A stretch of 64,000 nucleotides of DNA from Leptonemataceae bacterium. GTDB taxonomy: Bacteria; Spirochaetota; Leptospiria; Leptospirales; Leptonemataceae. The notes below the pieces were generated by a model. The model ran no database searches and was not told the DNA's origin. It saw only the letters and a program-made list of their open reading frames with translations. The translations under genes were made by a program, and so were the position numbers. Where the stretch lies: contig OZ245742.1 of the NCBI GenBank assembly GCA_965227295.1, forward strand, positions 832,001 to 896,000, written 5' to 3'. Shown here one piece after another: positions 27,728-36,878 of this stretch; positions within the stretch are counted from its first letter, which is position 1; the number at the start of each line of letters is the position of its first letter.

Positions 27728-29782
27728 ATGCAACTCCGCGACTTCGCACAGCAACTGCTCTACGGCGACGACCTCGCCGACAAGCTCATCCACCCCGCTT
27801 CCTTCGAAGACGAAACGCCCGGCCACGCCCTCATCGAAGCGCCGCGCGCGCCCGGTCGACCACGCAATCTAAAGTTCGAAACAAACAAAGCTAAAAAGCA
27901 CGGCTACCGCCTCAAACAACTCGAACGCGCCGAGAACCGCGCCCATCTGCTGCATCACCTGGCGAACCACGAGCTGCTCGCCATTGAACTTATGGCGCTC
28001 ACCCTGCTGCGTTTTCCCGACGCCCCCGCAAGTTTTCGGCGAAGCATCGCGGCGAGCATCCTCGAAGAACAAAAACACCTGCGCCTGTATCGCTCGCGCA
28101 TGCGCAAACTCGGCTACGACTTCGGCGACTTGCCGGTGAACGATTTTTTCTGGAAGCATCTCCGCGACATGCAGTCGCCCGCGGATTACGCCGTACGCAT
28201 GGGGCTAACATTCGAGCAGGCAAACTTAGACTATGCCTCTCATTACCGGGAGGCCTTCGCGAAAATCGGCGACCGGGCGACGGCGGCGGTTCTGGAAATC
28301 GTGCTGCAAGATGAGATCGGTCACGTGAAAAACGGCGTCGTCTGGTTTGATCGCCTGCGCAAGGGCGAGGCGTCGCAGTGGCACGCGTACTGCGACGCAC
28401 TCCCGGAGAATCTCAGCCCGGTCCGTGCCCGGGGCCTCGGTTACAACGCGGAAGCCCGCCGCCTGGCCGGGATTTCCGCGGAGTTCATCCGCAAGCTGGA
28501 AGTCTTCGCGTACTCGAAGGGTCGGCCGCCGTCCGTGTTTTACTTTTATCCCGCGTGCGAAGACGACATCGCCCGGCCCGGCTCCGTTCCCTCCGCGGCC
28601 GTCCGCGATCTCACGCACGATCTCGCAACCCTGCCGTTGTTCCTCGCGGGACATGAGGACCTGGTCCTGCTTCCGGCAGACGTTCCACTTCCGAATATGG
28701 ACTGGCTGCGCGGCCTGCGTTCCGCCGGCTACGCGATTCCGGAGTTCGTACACAATCTTCCGCCGGACCGCAAACTCGGAGACCTCCTGCCCTGGGGCTG
28801 GTGTCCCACGGTACGCAAAACGTTCGCGCAGGCACTGCACAACGTCGTCGGGCATCGCGGCGAGGCGCTGCGCGCTCAAAATAACGATGAGCACGATGCG
28901 ATCTTCGCCAGGGACTTCGGACTAACCGTACTTCAAGAGTACTTAAACGAGCACGGCGACGCAGAGCTGTGTCCGCCGGAAGAGAGCGGCATTCGTTGCC
29001 GTTCGCTTCCGGAGATTCGCGCGGCATTGCGGGGTTTCGCAGCACCGTTGATTGTGAAAGCGGCCTACAGCGCGTCCGGTCGTCGCCGCGTCATCCTGCA
29101 CGACGACACGCTCCGCCCGCAAGACGAACGCACGCTGGAGAAACTACTCGCTCATTCCCGCAGTGTGATTGTCGAACCGTTCTTCGAACGAGTACTGGAT
29201 CTGTCGGCGCACGTCAGCATTGAATCTGAACAGGAGTCCTTTCGGATCGTCGAGCACGGCATCACGCGATTGTGGAACGACGAACGCGGCTCATACCTCG
29301 GTACGTTTTGCGGCAGCATCCTCGATGATCTCGACGACGACCTGCGTCGTTATGTTGCCGGCGAAAAACGAGGGCGGCACGGGGCCCTTTCCCGGCTGAC
29401 CGAGGCCGCGCGCCATGCCGGCCGCCGCCTCGGCGAAGCCGGCTATCGCGGTCCGGCGGGGATCGACGCCTTTGTGTATCGCAAAGAAAACCGACTCCGA
29501 CTGCGACCGATCGTCGAAATTAATCCGCGCTACACGATGGGTCGCACGGCTCTGGCCGCATCGCGGCGCGTCCGCCGGCATCGCACGTCCCTGTGGACCT
29601 TCGTTCATCCGGAGGACGCGGGTCGCGCCGGTGAAGACGTCCGGCTCGTGGACGGCCTCATCGATCACGGCGTGTTGGTCGCCGGCGACCGCAGGGCCGT
29701 CCGGCAACGCTGCCCCGTCCTGATCGTCGCGGATGATGTTGCGGCGTGCCGTAATTTACTGAGCTCCATCACCAGAAAATGA
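27728..29782 (+). CDS. Fusion of DUF455 ferritin-like di-iron domain, pre-ATP-grasp and ATP-grasp domain
   Basis: N-terminal HELLAIE, EEQKH, FEQANLD, DEIGH (carboxylate/ExxH ligands); C-terminal LPWGW, IVKAAYSASGR, VEPFF..DLS, GPAGIDAF..VEINPRYT. Confidence 0.8.
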   Translation: MQLRDFAQQLLYGDDLADKLIHPASFEDETPGHALIEAPRAPGRPRNLKFETNKAKKHGYRLKQLERAENRAHLLHHLANHELLAIELMALTLLRFPDAPASFRRSIAASILEEQKHLRLYRSRMRKLGYDFGDLPVNDFFWKHLRDMQSPADYAVRMGLTFEQANLDYASHYREAFAKIGDRATAAVLEIVLQDEIGHVKNGVVWFDRLRKGEASQWHAYCDALPENLSPVRARGLGYNAEARRLAGISAEFIRKLEVFAYSKGRPPSVFYFYPACEDDIARPGSVPSAAVRDLTHDLATLPLFLAGHEDLVLLPADVPLPNMDWLRGLRSAGYAIPEFVHNLPPDRKLGDLLPWGWCPTVRKTFAQALHNVVGHRGEALRAQNNDEHDAIFARDFGLTVLQEYLNEHGDAELCPPEESGIRCRSLPEIRAALRGFAAPLIVKAAYSASGRRRVILHDDTLRPQDERTLEKLLAHSRSVIVEPFFERVLDLSAHVSIESEQESFRIVEHGITRLWNDERGSYLGTFCGSILDDLDDDLRRYVAGEKRGRHGALSRLTEAARHAGRRLGEAGYRGPAGIDAFVYRKENRLRLRPIVEINPRYTMGRTALAASRRVRRHRTSLWTFVHPEDAGRAGEDVRLVDGLIDHGVLVAGDRRAVRQRCPVLIVADDVAACRNLLSSITRK

Positions 29783-29850
29783 TCACACTCTTGCGATCCA
29801 GAATGGCTGCGAATCTGTTGCCCCCCGCTATGCGATAGTTAGAATCGACC

Positions 29851-31878
29851 ATGCGCGTATGTCGGGCCTGGATTCTATTGTGGGTATGCGTCGCATTGTC
29901 GTCCGGTTGCTCCGGCACAGCAGAGGACACCGCCCTTCTCTGCGAAATGGGAGACCTGGAATGGATCGCCAGGAAAGGCTGGGAAGATCGGGATCGCTTC
30001 GGAGATTTTTTCGGCGGAGATGTGCGAACGGTGGGCCGCTTTCCCCTGGCCTTGAATCACATCTTCCGTCCGGAGGCCGGTGACGGCGAGGTGGAGTACG
30101 CCCTCGCCGCAACGTTCGAACTCAACGCCGACGATCTCGACGGCCTCCGACCGGCCATTCTGATCCCCGGCATCGGTTCCGCGTGGCAGCTCTATCTCAA
30201 CGGTCGTTTGATTCGCGACGAACTGCCGCTGCATCCCGACGGCAGCCTGCGCGCGCACCGCACGCTGCAACACGTTTTCACCCCGCTAAACCGCGAAGAC
30301 TTGCGCACCGGCACGAACGTCGTGGTGTTCCGACTCCGCGGCGATCGACCGGCGCTGTCGTTTTTGCCGAACCGGGTGCCGGGTTTCTTTTTTCAGAGCG
30401 GCTACTTCCTGGGGGATGCGGACGCGCTCAAGCGAGACCTGAGCGAGTACGGCCTGGTGGCCATGCTCAGCGTGTACCTGCTGTTCGGCCTGTACCACCT
30501 GACCCTCTTTCGATTTCGGCAGAGCGAAGGTTACCTGCTCATGTACGGAACCTTCTGCGTGCTGGTCTTCGTGTACATGTTCACGCGATTGTCTGCGGTG
30601 CTGGAATCCTTTCCGGACACACGACCGCTCAATCGCCTGGAGTACATGGCGCTAATGTTTCTTCCCGGTACGTTTACGGCGTTTTTCCACATGTACTGGG
30701 GCGTCCCCCTGCCGCGCTGGCTCAAATGGTCCGTCTATTTCTGCGCCGCTCTCGCCTTAATCGTAGCTGTCGGGCCCATTGTGTTACTGCAATTCGTGGA
30801 AACCTGTTTTCGTTTCGTCGCCCTGGCAATGGCTCTCCACTGGCCGATTTTCATGTATCGACGCATTCGTGAAGGCCGGCCGCATGTCTATCAAACCGCC
30901 GCGGCCACGGCACTCTTCTTCGCCGCGGTCATGTTCGATCTTGTCAACCCGCTGATCGGTTACGTTACCATCCCGCCCCTTTTTCCGTACGGCTTCTTTG
31001 TTTTTACGATCTACATGGGCGTGCTGCTGGCCGTGCGTTTCGAAAATCTGTACCGGGATTCGGATCGATTGAATCGTGAGCTGGACGAAAAGAACCGCGC
31101 CGTGGAACGCACCGCCCAGGAAATGCGCGCGCTGAACCGTGATCTGGAAAACATCATCGAGGAACGCACCGAAGAACTCAAGCGCAGCTACGGCCGCCTC
31201 AACGAACTGGCCCTCAGCGAGGAACGCGCACGCATCTCCGCCGAACTGCACGACAACATGGGCGGCCACCTGGTGGACACCTCGATGCTGCTCGCGCGTT
31301 TATCGCCGGGAGAGACGCTACAGGGAGAACTCTTAATCGAGCTACGCCGGCAGATGCAGTACGCCATCCGCAGCTTTCGTGAAGGGCTGTCCCGGGTACA
31401 GGACGTCTCGCTTTTGAACCAGGACTTCACCGACGGCCTCGCGCTGATTCTATTGCGACGCTACAGTAACGCCGACCGCCAACTACGCTACGAAGCAGAC
31501 GACGGAGTTCGCGAAGTCCTGAGCCGACCGGAGTCCGAGGACATCCGTCGCATTCTGCTCGCGGTTTCCCGGGAAATCGCCACGAACGACCTGAAGTACG
31601 GCGAAGATCTATCCCGGTGGGATCTAAAGCTGGAATCCGGGGACGACGGGCAAATGGTCGTCCTCAGCGTACGCAGCCGAACCGTCTACGACGAACGCAT
31701 CCGGAACACGGCCGGTGACGGTGAAGGCATGGGGTCCCGCACGATCCAGGAGCGGGTCAGTTCGGCCGGTGGCACGGTGGAATGGTGTCTGGTGCAGCCA
31801 TCGACGGCTTTGGGGGCCGAGCACTTAACTTACTTTGAACTGAACTTACGGTTGCCCGTGAGCCGGCCCGCTTCCTGA
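29851..31878 (+). CDS. 7TM-DISM sensor histidine kinase (HisKA_3 type, degenerate ATPase)
   Basis: Lipoprotein-like leader, beta-sandwich ectodomain (LYLNG, GTNVVVFRL), 7 TMs, coiled coil, H-box ERARISAELHDNMG, N-box EIATNDLKY. Confidence 0.8.
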   Translation: MRVCRAWILLWVCVALSSGCSGTAEDTALLCEMGDLEWIARKGWEDRDRFGDFFGGDVRTVGRFPLALNHIFRPEAGDGEVEYALAATFELNADDLDGLRPAILIPGIGSAWQLYLNGRLIRDELPLHPDGSLRAHRTLQHVFTPLNREDLRTGTNVVVFRLRGDRPALSFLPNRVPGFFFQSGYFLGDADALKRDLSEYGLVAMLSVYLLFGLYHLTLFRFRQSEGYLLMYGTFCVLVFVYMFTRLSAVLESFPDTRPLNRLEYMALMFLPGTFTAFFHMYWGVPLPRWLKWSVYFCAALALIVAVGPIVLLQFVETCFRFVALAMALHWPIFMYRRIREGRPHVYQTAAATALFFAAVMFDLVNPLIGYVTIPPLFPYGFFVFTIYMGVLLAVRFENLYRDSDRLNRELDEKNRAVERTAQEMRALNRDLENIIEERTEELKRSYGRLNELALSEERARISAELHDNMGGHLVDTSMLLARLSPGETLQGELLIELRRQMQYAIRSFREGLSRVQDVSLLNQDFTDGLALILLRRYSNADRQLRYEADDGVREVLSRPESEDIRRILLAVSREIATNDLKYGEDLSRWDLKLESGDDGQMVVLSVRSRTVYDERIRNTAGDGEGMGSRTIQERVSSAGGTVEWCLVQPSTALGAEHLTYFELNLRLPVSRPAS

Positions 31879-32919
31879 TTGCGCGCGAATGCCCTGAATG
31901 CGCCGAAACAAACGCGAGAAACGTTCGCCGGCCACGTCGAAGCGCGGTGTTCGGCGGCGGAAACTCACGAACTCGCCGTTCTTTCCGGGAATCAACTCAA
32001 ATACAAAAATGTAGTCGCCCTCATCGTCCAGCCAGCCGTCCGAGCGACCGAAGCGCAGATCCTGAAATACGACGGCATCCTCCGCGTTCCGCCGGGCCTG
32101 GAACCAGCCCCGGGAAAACCAGAGTAGCCGACTCACTGCACGCTGCGTCTCGGTACCGGCAATCAGGACGGAGTTCTTCTCCACGGACTGAAACTCGATC
32201 GCTCCTCCGTCCAGGTCATCAAAGAACGAATACAGCCCGACCCATATGCGATCCGCGTTACGATCCTCGGCCATGCCCATCCACAGCAACGTCGTCAACG
32301 GCCCCGGGGCGACGAAGATGCGTTCGTACTCGATGCCCCGCTGCTCCAGAGAATGTGCAAACTGTTGCTGCGCCGTAAACTTCGCTCCCACGGAAAACGC
32401 AAGGTACAGCGTACTGAATGTTAAGCCGGCATAATTCCAGAAGCGCCGCTTAGAACTCGCGCGATCATAGCGGAGCGCGACGATCAACGCGCCGGCCAGG
32501 GGCAGCGTATACAGCGGATCGATGATGAAGATCGAGCCCAGGGCCGCCGGATAATCGCTGAAAGGCATGAACAACTGCGTGCCGTAGATGGTGAAGTAGT
32601 CCAGGATCGGATGCGTAACGATGGCGGCGAAGAACACGAGCCACCAGTCGCGGAACGTCGCGTCCCCGCGCCGGTGAAAGAAACGATGCACGAGCCAGCC
32701 GAGAATCGGTGCTGCAATGATCGCAAACAAAAACGAATGACTGATGCCCCGGTGCATGGCGAGTTGCTGCACCGGGCCCAGAAAGGGATTCAACAGAATG
32801 TCCAGATCGGGGATGGTACCACCGACGGCGCCCCAGGCCGCGGCCCGCCCCCCCGCTTTCTTTCCGGCGACGGCTTCGCCCACCGCGGCGCCGAGGGCGA
32901 TCTGAGTTACGGAATCCAT
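31846..32919 (-). CDS. Membrane-bound metal-dependent hydrolase (YdjM/DUF457 family)
   Basis: MDSVTQ, IPDLD, HRGISHS, THPILDYFTIYGT, IIDP. Confidence 0.88.
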   Translation of the reverse strand: MDSVTQIALGAAVGEAVAGKKAGGRAAAWGAVGGTIPDLDILLNPFLGPVQQLAMHRGISHSFLFAIIAAPILGWLVHRFFHRRGDATFRDWWLVFFAAIVTHPILDYFTIYGTQLFMPFSDYPAALGSIFIIDPLYTLPLAGALIVALRYDRASSKRRFWNYAGLTFSTLYLAFSVGAKFTAQQQFAHSLEQRGIEYERIFVAPGPLTTLLWMGMAEDRNADRIWVGLYSFFDDLDGGAIEFQSVEKNSVLIAGTETQRAVSRLLWFSRGWFQARRNAEDAVVFQDLRFGRSDGWLDDEGDYIFVFELIPGKNGEFVSFRRRTPRFDVAGERFSRLFRRIQGIRAQSGSGPAHGQP

Positions 32920-32986
32920 CGCGACAAAAAAATCAACGCGGGAAATTTCGGCGACCCTTTTGGCGCGCGGAGTTCGTAAAGCGAGG

Positions 32987-33889
32987 CTACAAGCCCTGTG
33001 CGTGCCTGTCCCATCCCCGCCCCGCGATCAAAACGCGATCGATGCCGGCGTAGTCTTTGCGAATGCGAGCGTACTCGTACACCTCACCCGCAAAATCCAG
33101 CAGCTCCGCGGCCCAACGCGATCCCAATTCCAGAACAACGGCACCACCGAACACTAACCTCTTGTAAGATTCGATTAAGATTTCGCGGTACAACGCCGGA
33201 GGATCGTCATGAAACAGCGCCAGAGCGGGATCGAAGTTCGCCACGCCCGGACCCAGCCCCGCGCGTTCGTCGGGATGAATATACGGCGGATTACAGGCGA
33301 TCGCGTCGAATTGCGTATCCGGCAAATTCGCGTAGAGATCGCTCTCAAGGAAACGGCAGCGAGATTGCTGTTCCCCGGAAGCGAAGAGCGCCTGCAAATT
33401 TTCCCGCGCGACGGCCAGGGCGGCCGGAGAAACATCGCTGAGCGAAAGATCGAGATCGGGCCGCTCGGCGAGCAGGGACAGGCCGATACAACCGGAGCCG
33501 CAGCAAAGATCCAGTACCCGCGCCCCGATCGGTAACGGTTCGCGCGCATCGGAAGGATTGAGCAGCTCGTCGACGAGTAACTCGGTTTCGGGACGGGGAA
33601 CCAGGACGTCGGCATTCACCCGGAACACGCGCCCGTAAAATTCTTTGCGGCCGGTGATATGAGCGAGCGGCTCTCCGGTTGCCCGGCGTCGCACGCGTTC
33701 CGCAAAGTTCGCCGCCGTCGCCGCGGCCAGGCCAGTGTCCGCAAGACGTTCCTCAATCGAACGACCGCGTAACATCAAACGATCGACACCTAAGAGATCG
33801 GCGAGTAAAAGCTCCGCCTCGAAACGCGGAGACGGAATGCCGGCCCGCCGCAATTGCTCCACGGCGGGACCGAGCAGTCCTTCGATCAA
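32987..33889 (-). CDS. prmC: Release factor glutamine methyltransferase
   Basis: GEPLAHITG.KEFYG, VLVPRPETE, LDLCCGSG, NPPY. Confidence 0.95.
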   Translation of the reverse strand: MIEGLLGPAVEQLRRAGIPSPRFEAELLLADLLGVDRLMLRGRSIEERLADTGLAAATAANFAERVRRRATGEPLAHITGRKEFYGRVFRVNADVLVPRPETELLVDELLNPSDAREPLPIGARVLDLCCGSGCIGLSLLAERPDLDLSLSDVSPAALAVARENLQALFASGEQQSRCRFLESDLYANLPDTQFDAIACNPPYIHPDERAGLGPGVANFDPALALFHDDPPALYREILIESYKRLVFGGAVVLELGSRWAAELLDFAGEVYEYARIRKDYAGIDRVLIAGRGWDRHAQGL

Positions 33890-34194
33890 GACGTGCCGGA
33901 AGACGACGGCGGGGTGGACGAACCGCCGCCGCCGACCTGGGAAAGGACGTTGCGGGTAAGTTCACCGGCGGAACGGTTTGTGTTGCGCACGAGATCGTAA
34001 AAACCCGTGATCATCCCATCCTGGAAGTCCTTGATCTGCTGACCGGCGTCCCCCAGGGGCACGTACTGGCCGACTGTTTCCAGGGCGGTGTTCGCAAACT
34101 CGCGATGATACTGTTCCACGGTGCTGGCGCCGTTATCGATGGCGGTTTCCACATCCTGCTGAACCTTTTTGATTTCGGAAAGATCTCCAAACAT
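33886..34194 (-). CDS. Small amphipathic helical hypothetical protein
   Basis: GAGAGG SD 7 nt before ATG 34194; stop overlaps the prmC start. Confidence 0.65.
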   Translation of the reverse strand: MFGDLSEIKKVQQDVETAIDNGASTVEQYHREFANTALETVGQYVPLGDAGQQIKDFQDGMITGFYDLVRNTNRSAGELTRNVLSQVGGGGSSTPPSSSGTS

Positions 34195-34259
34195 AGCGTT
34201 ACCTCTCTTCAACAAGTGCTGCCATGCTTCCGTCCCGAACGCAACCATTAATTGCGCGC

Positions 34260-35138
34260 TCATTCATAGCGGCGCACGCACTGCTCCAGTTGACCCACAT
34301 AAGAATCACCAAAGATATTCACGTGCACCAGGAGCGGATAGATCTGCCAGAAGGCCGTGCGTTCGGCGTAGCCGTCGGCCAGGCCTGAGCGACTCACAAT
34401 CTCCTGCAGGGAATCCGCACTCAGCGGGCAGCCGAAGAGTTCCAGCATGCCGAGGTCCTGCTCCGGATTGCCGTAGGCGATCGACGGGTCGATGAGATAG
34501 AAGCGGCCGCCGGGACCGCGCAGCAGATTGCCGGACCAGAGGTCTCCGTGGATCAACCGCGGCCGAACTCGATTGAGGGACCAGTCCTCGATGCGGGAGC
34601 GCACCACCGCTTCGATGCGCCCTGCGAACGCCCGGTCCAGGCGACGGCTCGCTTCCCTGGCGCGACGGATCTGCGCCTCGATGCGATCCTCCCACCAGAA
34701 TTCCGCGAAGGAATCGTGCTGGCGATTGGGTTGGGGCAGAGTGCCGATGAAGTTGTCCTCATGCCAGCCGTAGTGATTCGCCTCACCCGTGTACAAACGC
34801 ACCAGGTCCTCGACCAGGTTCCGCGCCGGATCCATGCCGGAACCGTGCTCCGGTTCGAGGAAGTCCATGAGGATCAACGCCGCCCGCGACGAAGCGGCCG
34901 TGTGGTAACCGTAACAATGCGGCGCCGGTGCACCCGCGCGCGTGAGGGCCTGTAGAGCATCGGACTCGGTGCGTGCCATGCGCGGGGACTTCACCGTCTT
35001 CGCGGCCAGAAGGCGACCATCGGCCAATTCCACCCGATACAACGGAAAGAGACTCCGCGAATGAAACTGAATCGAGACCGGCTCCGCCTCCGGCAGAAGT
35101 TCCCGCAGGCTGTCCCGGATCAGGGCCTCGTCGCTCAT
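34260..35138 (-). CDS. Fructosamine kinase family protein
   Basis: YGWHEDNFIG.LPQPN, LIHGDLWSGN, LIDP, YPLLVH; ATG 35138 overlaps the egtB stop. Confidence 0.92.
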   Translation of the reverse strand: MSDEALIRDSLRELLPEAEPVSIQFHSRSLFPLYRVELADGRLLAAKTVKSPRMARTESDALQALTRAGAPAPHCYGYHTAASSRAALILMDFLEPEHGSGMDPARNLVEDLVRLYTGEANHYGWHEDNFIGTLPQPNRQHDSFAEFWWEDRIEAQIRRAREASRRLDRAFAGRIEAVVRSRIEDWSLNRVRPRLIHGDLWSGNLLRGPGGRFYLIDPSIAYGNPEQDLGMLELFGCPLSADSLQEIVSRSGLADGYAERTAFWQIYPLLVHVNIFGDSYVGQLEQCVRRYE

Positions 35139-36427
35139 TCGGCCAGACGCAGCCCGCTGAACTGCCAGCGCTGGTACGATTGAAAAAAGTTCCGGTACGA
35201 AGCGCGAGCATGGCCGCGAGGCGTGGCGCAGGATCCGCCGCGCAGTACCATCTGGTCGCTCATGAACTTTCCGTTGTACTCGCCGAGGGCGCCGTCCAGA
35301 GGACGATACCCGGGATACGGAAGATAGGCGCTCCCGGTCCACTCCCAAACATCGCCGAACATTTGCAGGAGCGCGCTATAGTCGGATGAATGCCCGAGGT
35401 CCGGAGGCTCTGGATGACAGCGACTGCCGTCCGCAAAGTTGCCGGCGTGGGGATCGAGATTCTGCCGGCGCGCGGCGACCTCCCATTCCGCTTCGGTCGG
35501 CAGGCGCCTGCCCGCCCAGGTCGCGTACGCGTTCGCCTCGTAAAAGCTTACGTGACAGACCGGTTCGTTCGGATCCACCTCGCGAAAACCGCCCAGGGTA
35601 AACGCAAACCACTTGCCGTCGCGTTCTTCCCAGTACAGCGGCGCCCGCCAGCCTTCGTTCTGCACTTTCGCCCATCCATCGGACAACCACAGACGAAAGT
35701 CATGATAACCGCCGTCGCGAATGAACTCAATGTACTCACCGCAACTGACCGGACGGTTCGCCAGACGAAAATCTTCTAAGTAAGTACGATGCCGCGGACC
35801 TTCGTTGTCATAGTGAAACGGACCGTCGTCTTCCGTTGCATAACCGATCTCGTGGACCCCGCCTTCGAACTCGACGAAACGCAGGTCCGCAGCACTTCGA
35901 CCACTCACCCAGGCACCGTCTTCGCGGTAGACCGGATGCAACGGACTTTGCGCCAGGATGTGCTTGAGGTCCGTAAACAACAACTCCTGATGCTGCTGTT
36001 CGTGGTGCAGACCAATCTCCACAACATCGCAAAATTCGGCGGCACGCTCCGCCGGCAATCGCTCGACCAGTCGGCGAAAATGTTCATCTACATAATGACG
36101 ATACTCGTAAACCTGCTCTACCGTAGGCCGGGAAAGATGACCGCGGCGCGGCCGGGCCCAGCGCTCACCGACGCTTTCGTAGTAAGAATTGAAAAGATAA
36201 CCGAATTGCGGATGAAACTCGGAGTACGAGGCATCGAATTTTTTTAACACGAAGGTTTCAAAGAACCAGGTGACGTGTGCTATGTGCCACTTCGGCGGGC
36301 TGACGTCGTCCATGGTCTGCACGACGTAGTCTTCGACGACGAGGGGACCGCAGAGATTCTCGGTGAAGGCGCGCACCCCGTCAAACCGGCGGGCAATTTC
36401 AGCGGTGCGATCGGTGATGGTGAGCAT
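35135..36427 (-). CDS. egtB: Ergothioneine sulfoxide synthase
   Basis: DinB-like SPPKWHIAH, HHEQQHQE iron ligands, LFNSYY; FGE-like domain RLPTEAEWE, GDVWEW, EYNGKFM, YRNFF. Confidence 0.93.
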   Translation of the reverse strand: MLTITDRTAEIARRFDGVRAFTENLCGPLVVEDYVVQTMDDVSPPKWHIAHVTWFFETFVLKKFDASYSEFHPQFGYLFNSYYESVGERWARPRRGHLSRPTVEQVYEYRHYVDEHFRRLVERLPAERAAEFCDVVEIGLHHEQQHQELLFTDLKHILAQSPLHPVYREDGAWVSGRSAADLRFVEFEGGVHEIGYATEDDGPFHYDNEGPRHRTYLEDFRLANRPVSCGEYIEFIRDGGYHDFRLWLSDGWAKVQNEGWRAPLYWEERDGKWFAFTLGGFREVDPNEPVCHVSFYEANAYATWAGRRLPTEAEWEVAARRQNLDPHAGNFADGSRCHPEPPDLGHSSDYSALLQMFGDVWEWTGSAYLPYPGYRPLDGALGEYNGKFMSDQMVLRGGSCATPRGHARASYRNFFQSYQRWQFSGLRLAE

Positions 36428-36474
36428 ACTACAGAATGGATGCAGTTTTGCGAAGGGTCAAGAACGGTCCGATC

Positions 36475-36575
36475 AAAAAGAAGAGCGCGGGTCGCCGGGA
36501 TTCAATGAACAGGTGTAAAGCCTAAAGCCCTGGCGATGATCAGAAGGGGATCGAAACAGGGCCGGCGACCCGCGC
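36475..36575 (-). ncRNA. Candidate ~100-nt structured sRNA or leader upstream of egtB
   Basis: Perfect 14-bp closing stem (36485-36498 / 36562-36575), internal helices, TCTTCTTTTT tail on minus strand, and TATGAT -10 box (36583-36588) 7 nt before the stem. Confidence 0.5.
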
Positions 36576-36689
36576 AATGACCATCATAAACAACTATACA
36601 AAAAGATAGGAATTAGAAAATTTCTCCGGCCTGGATTTTTTATCCACACTTTATTCGTGTGCGAGCGCGAGGTGCTCATTTCGACCGCG

Positions 36690-36730
36690 TGTACAATTCA
36701 TGTGCACAGGCACTGCCCTCATTTTGAGCA
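36690..36730. promoter_or_regulatory. Two NtrC-like enhancer sites
   Basis: TGTAC-N7-GTGCA (36690-36706) and TGCCC-N7-GAGCA (36714-36730) vs consensus TGCAC-N7-GTGCA, ~130-170 bp upstream of a sigma54 promoter. Confidence 0.55.
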
Positions 36731-36862
36731 TATTTTTTGAAGATTGGACGGGAATCCCGATTTCCTCCCGCAGAATCATGCATTCGTGTTCAAATTCCGT
36801 TAAACTTTCGCTAAAAACTGGTAAAAATACAACGCAGACTGGTGCGGCGCACAAAAAAAGAG

Positions 36863-36878
36863 TGGCACAATAATTGCT
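36863..36878 (+). promoter_or_regulatory. Sigma54 (-24/-12) promoter
   Basis: TGGCAC-AATAA-TTGCT is an exact match to TGGCAC-N5-TTGCW, 84 nt upstream of the PP2C-amt operon. Confidence 0.85.

Noticed and set aside
35135-36427. SenA (selenoneine) or OvoA (ovothiol) instead of EgtB
   Set aside because: No senB/selD neighbours and no fused C-terminal methyltransferase; egtD is present in the window.
36640-36648. Perfect DnaA box TTATCCACA in an AT-rich intergenic region, as oriC
   Set aside because: Only one box and no dnaA/dnaN/gidA context; it could be chance or a lone regulatory site.
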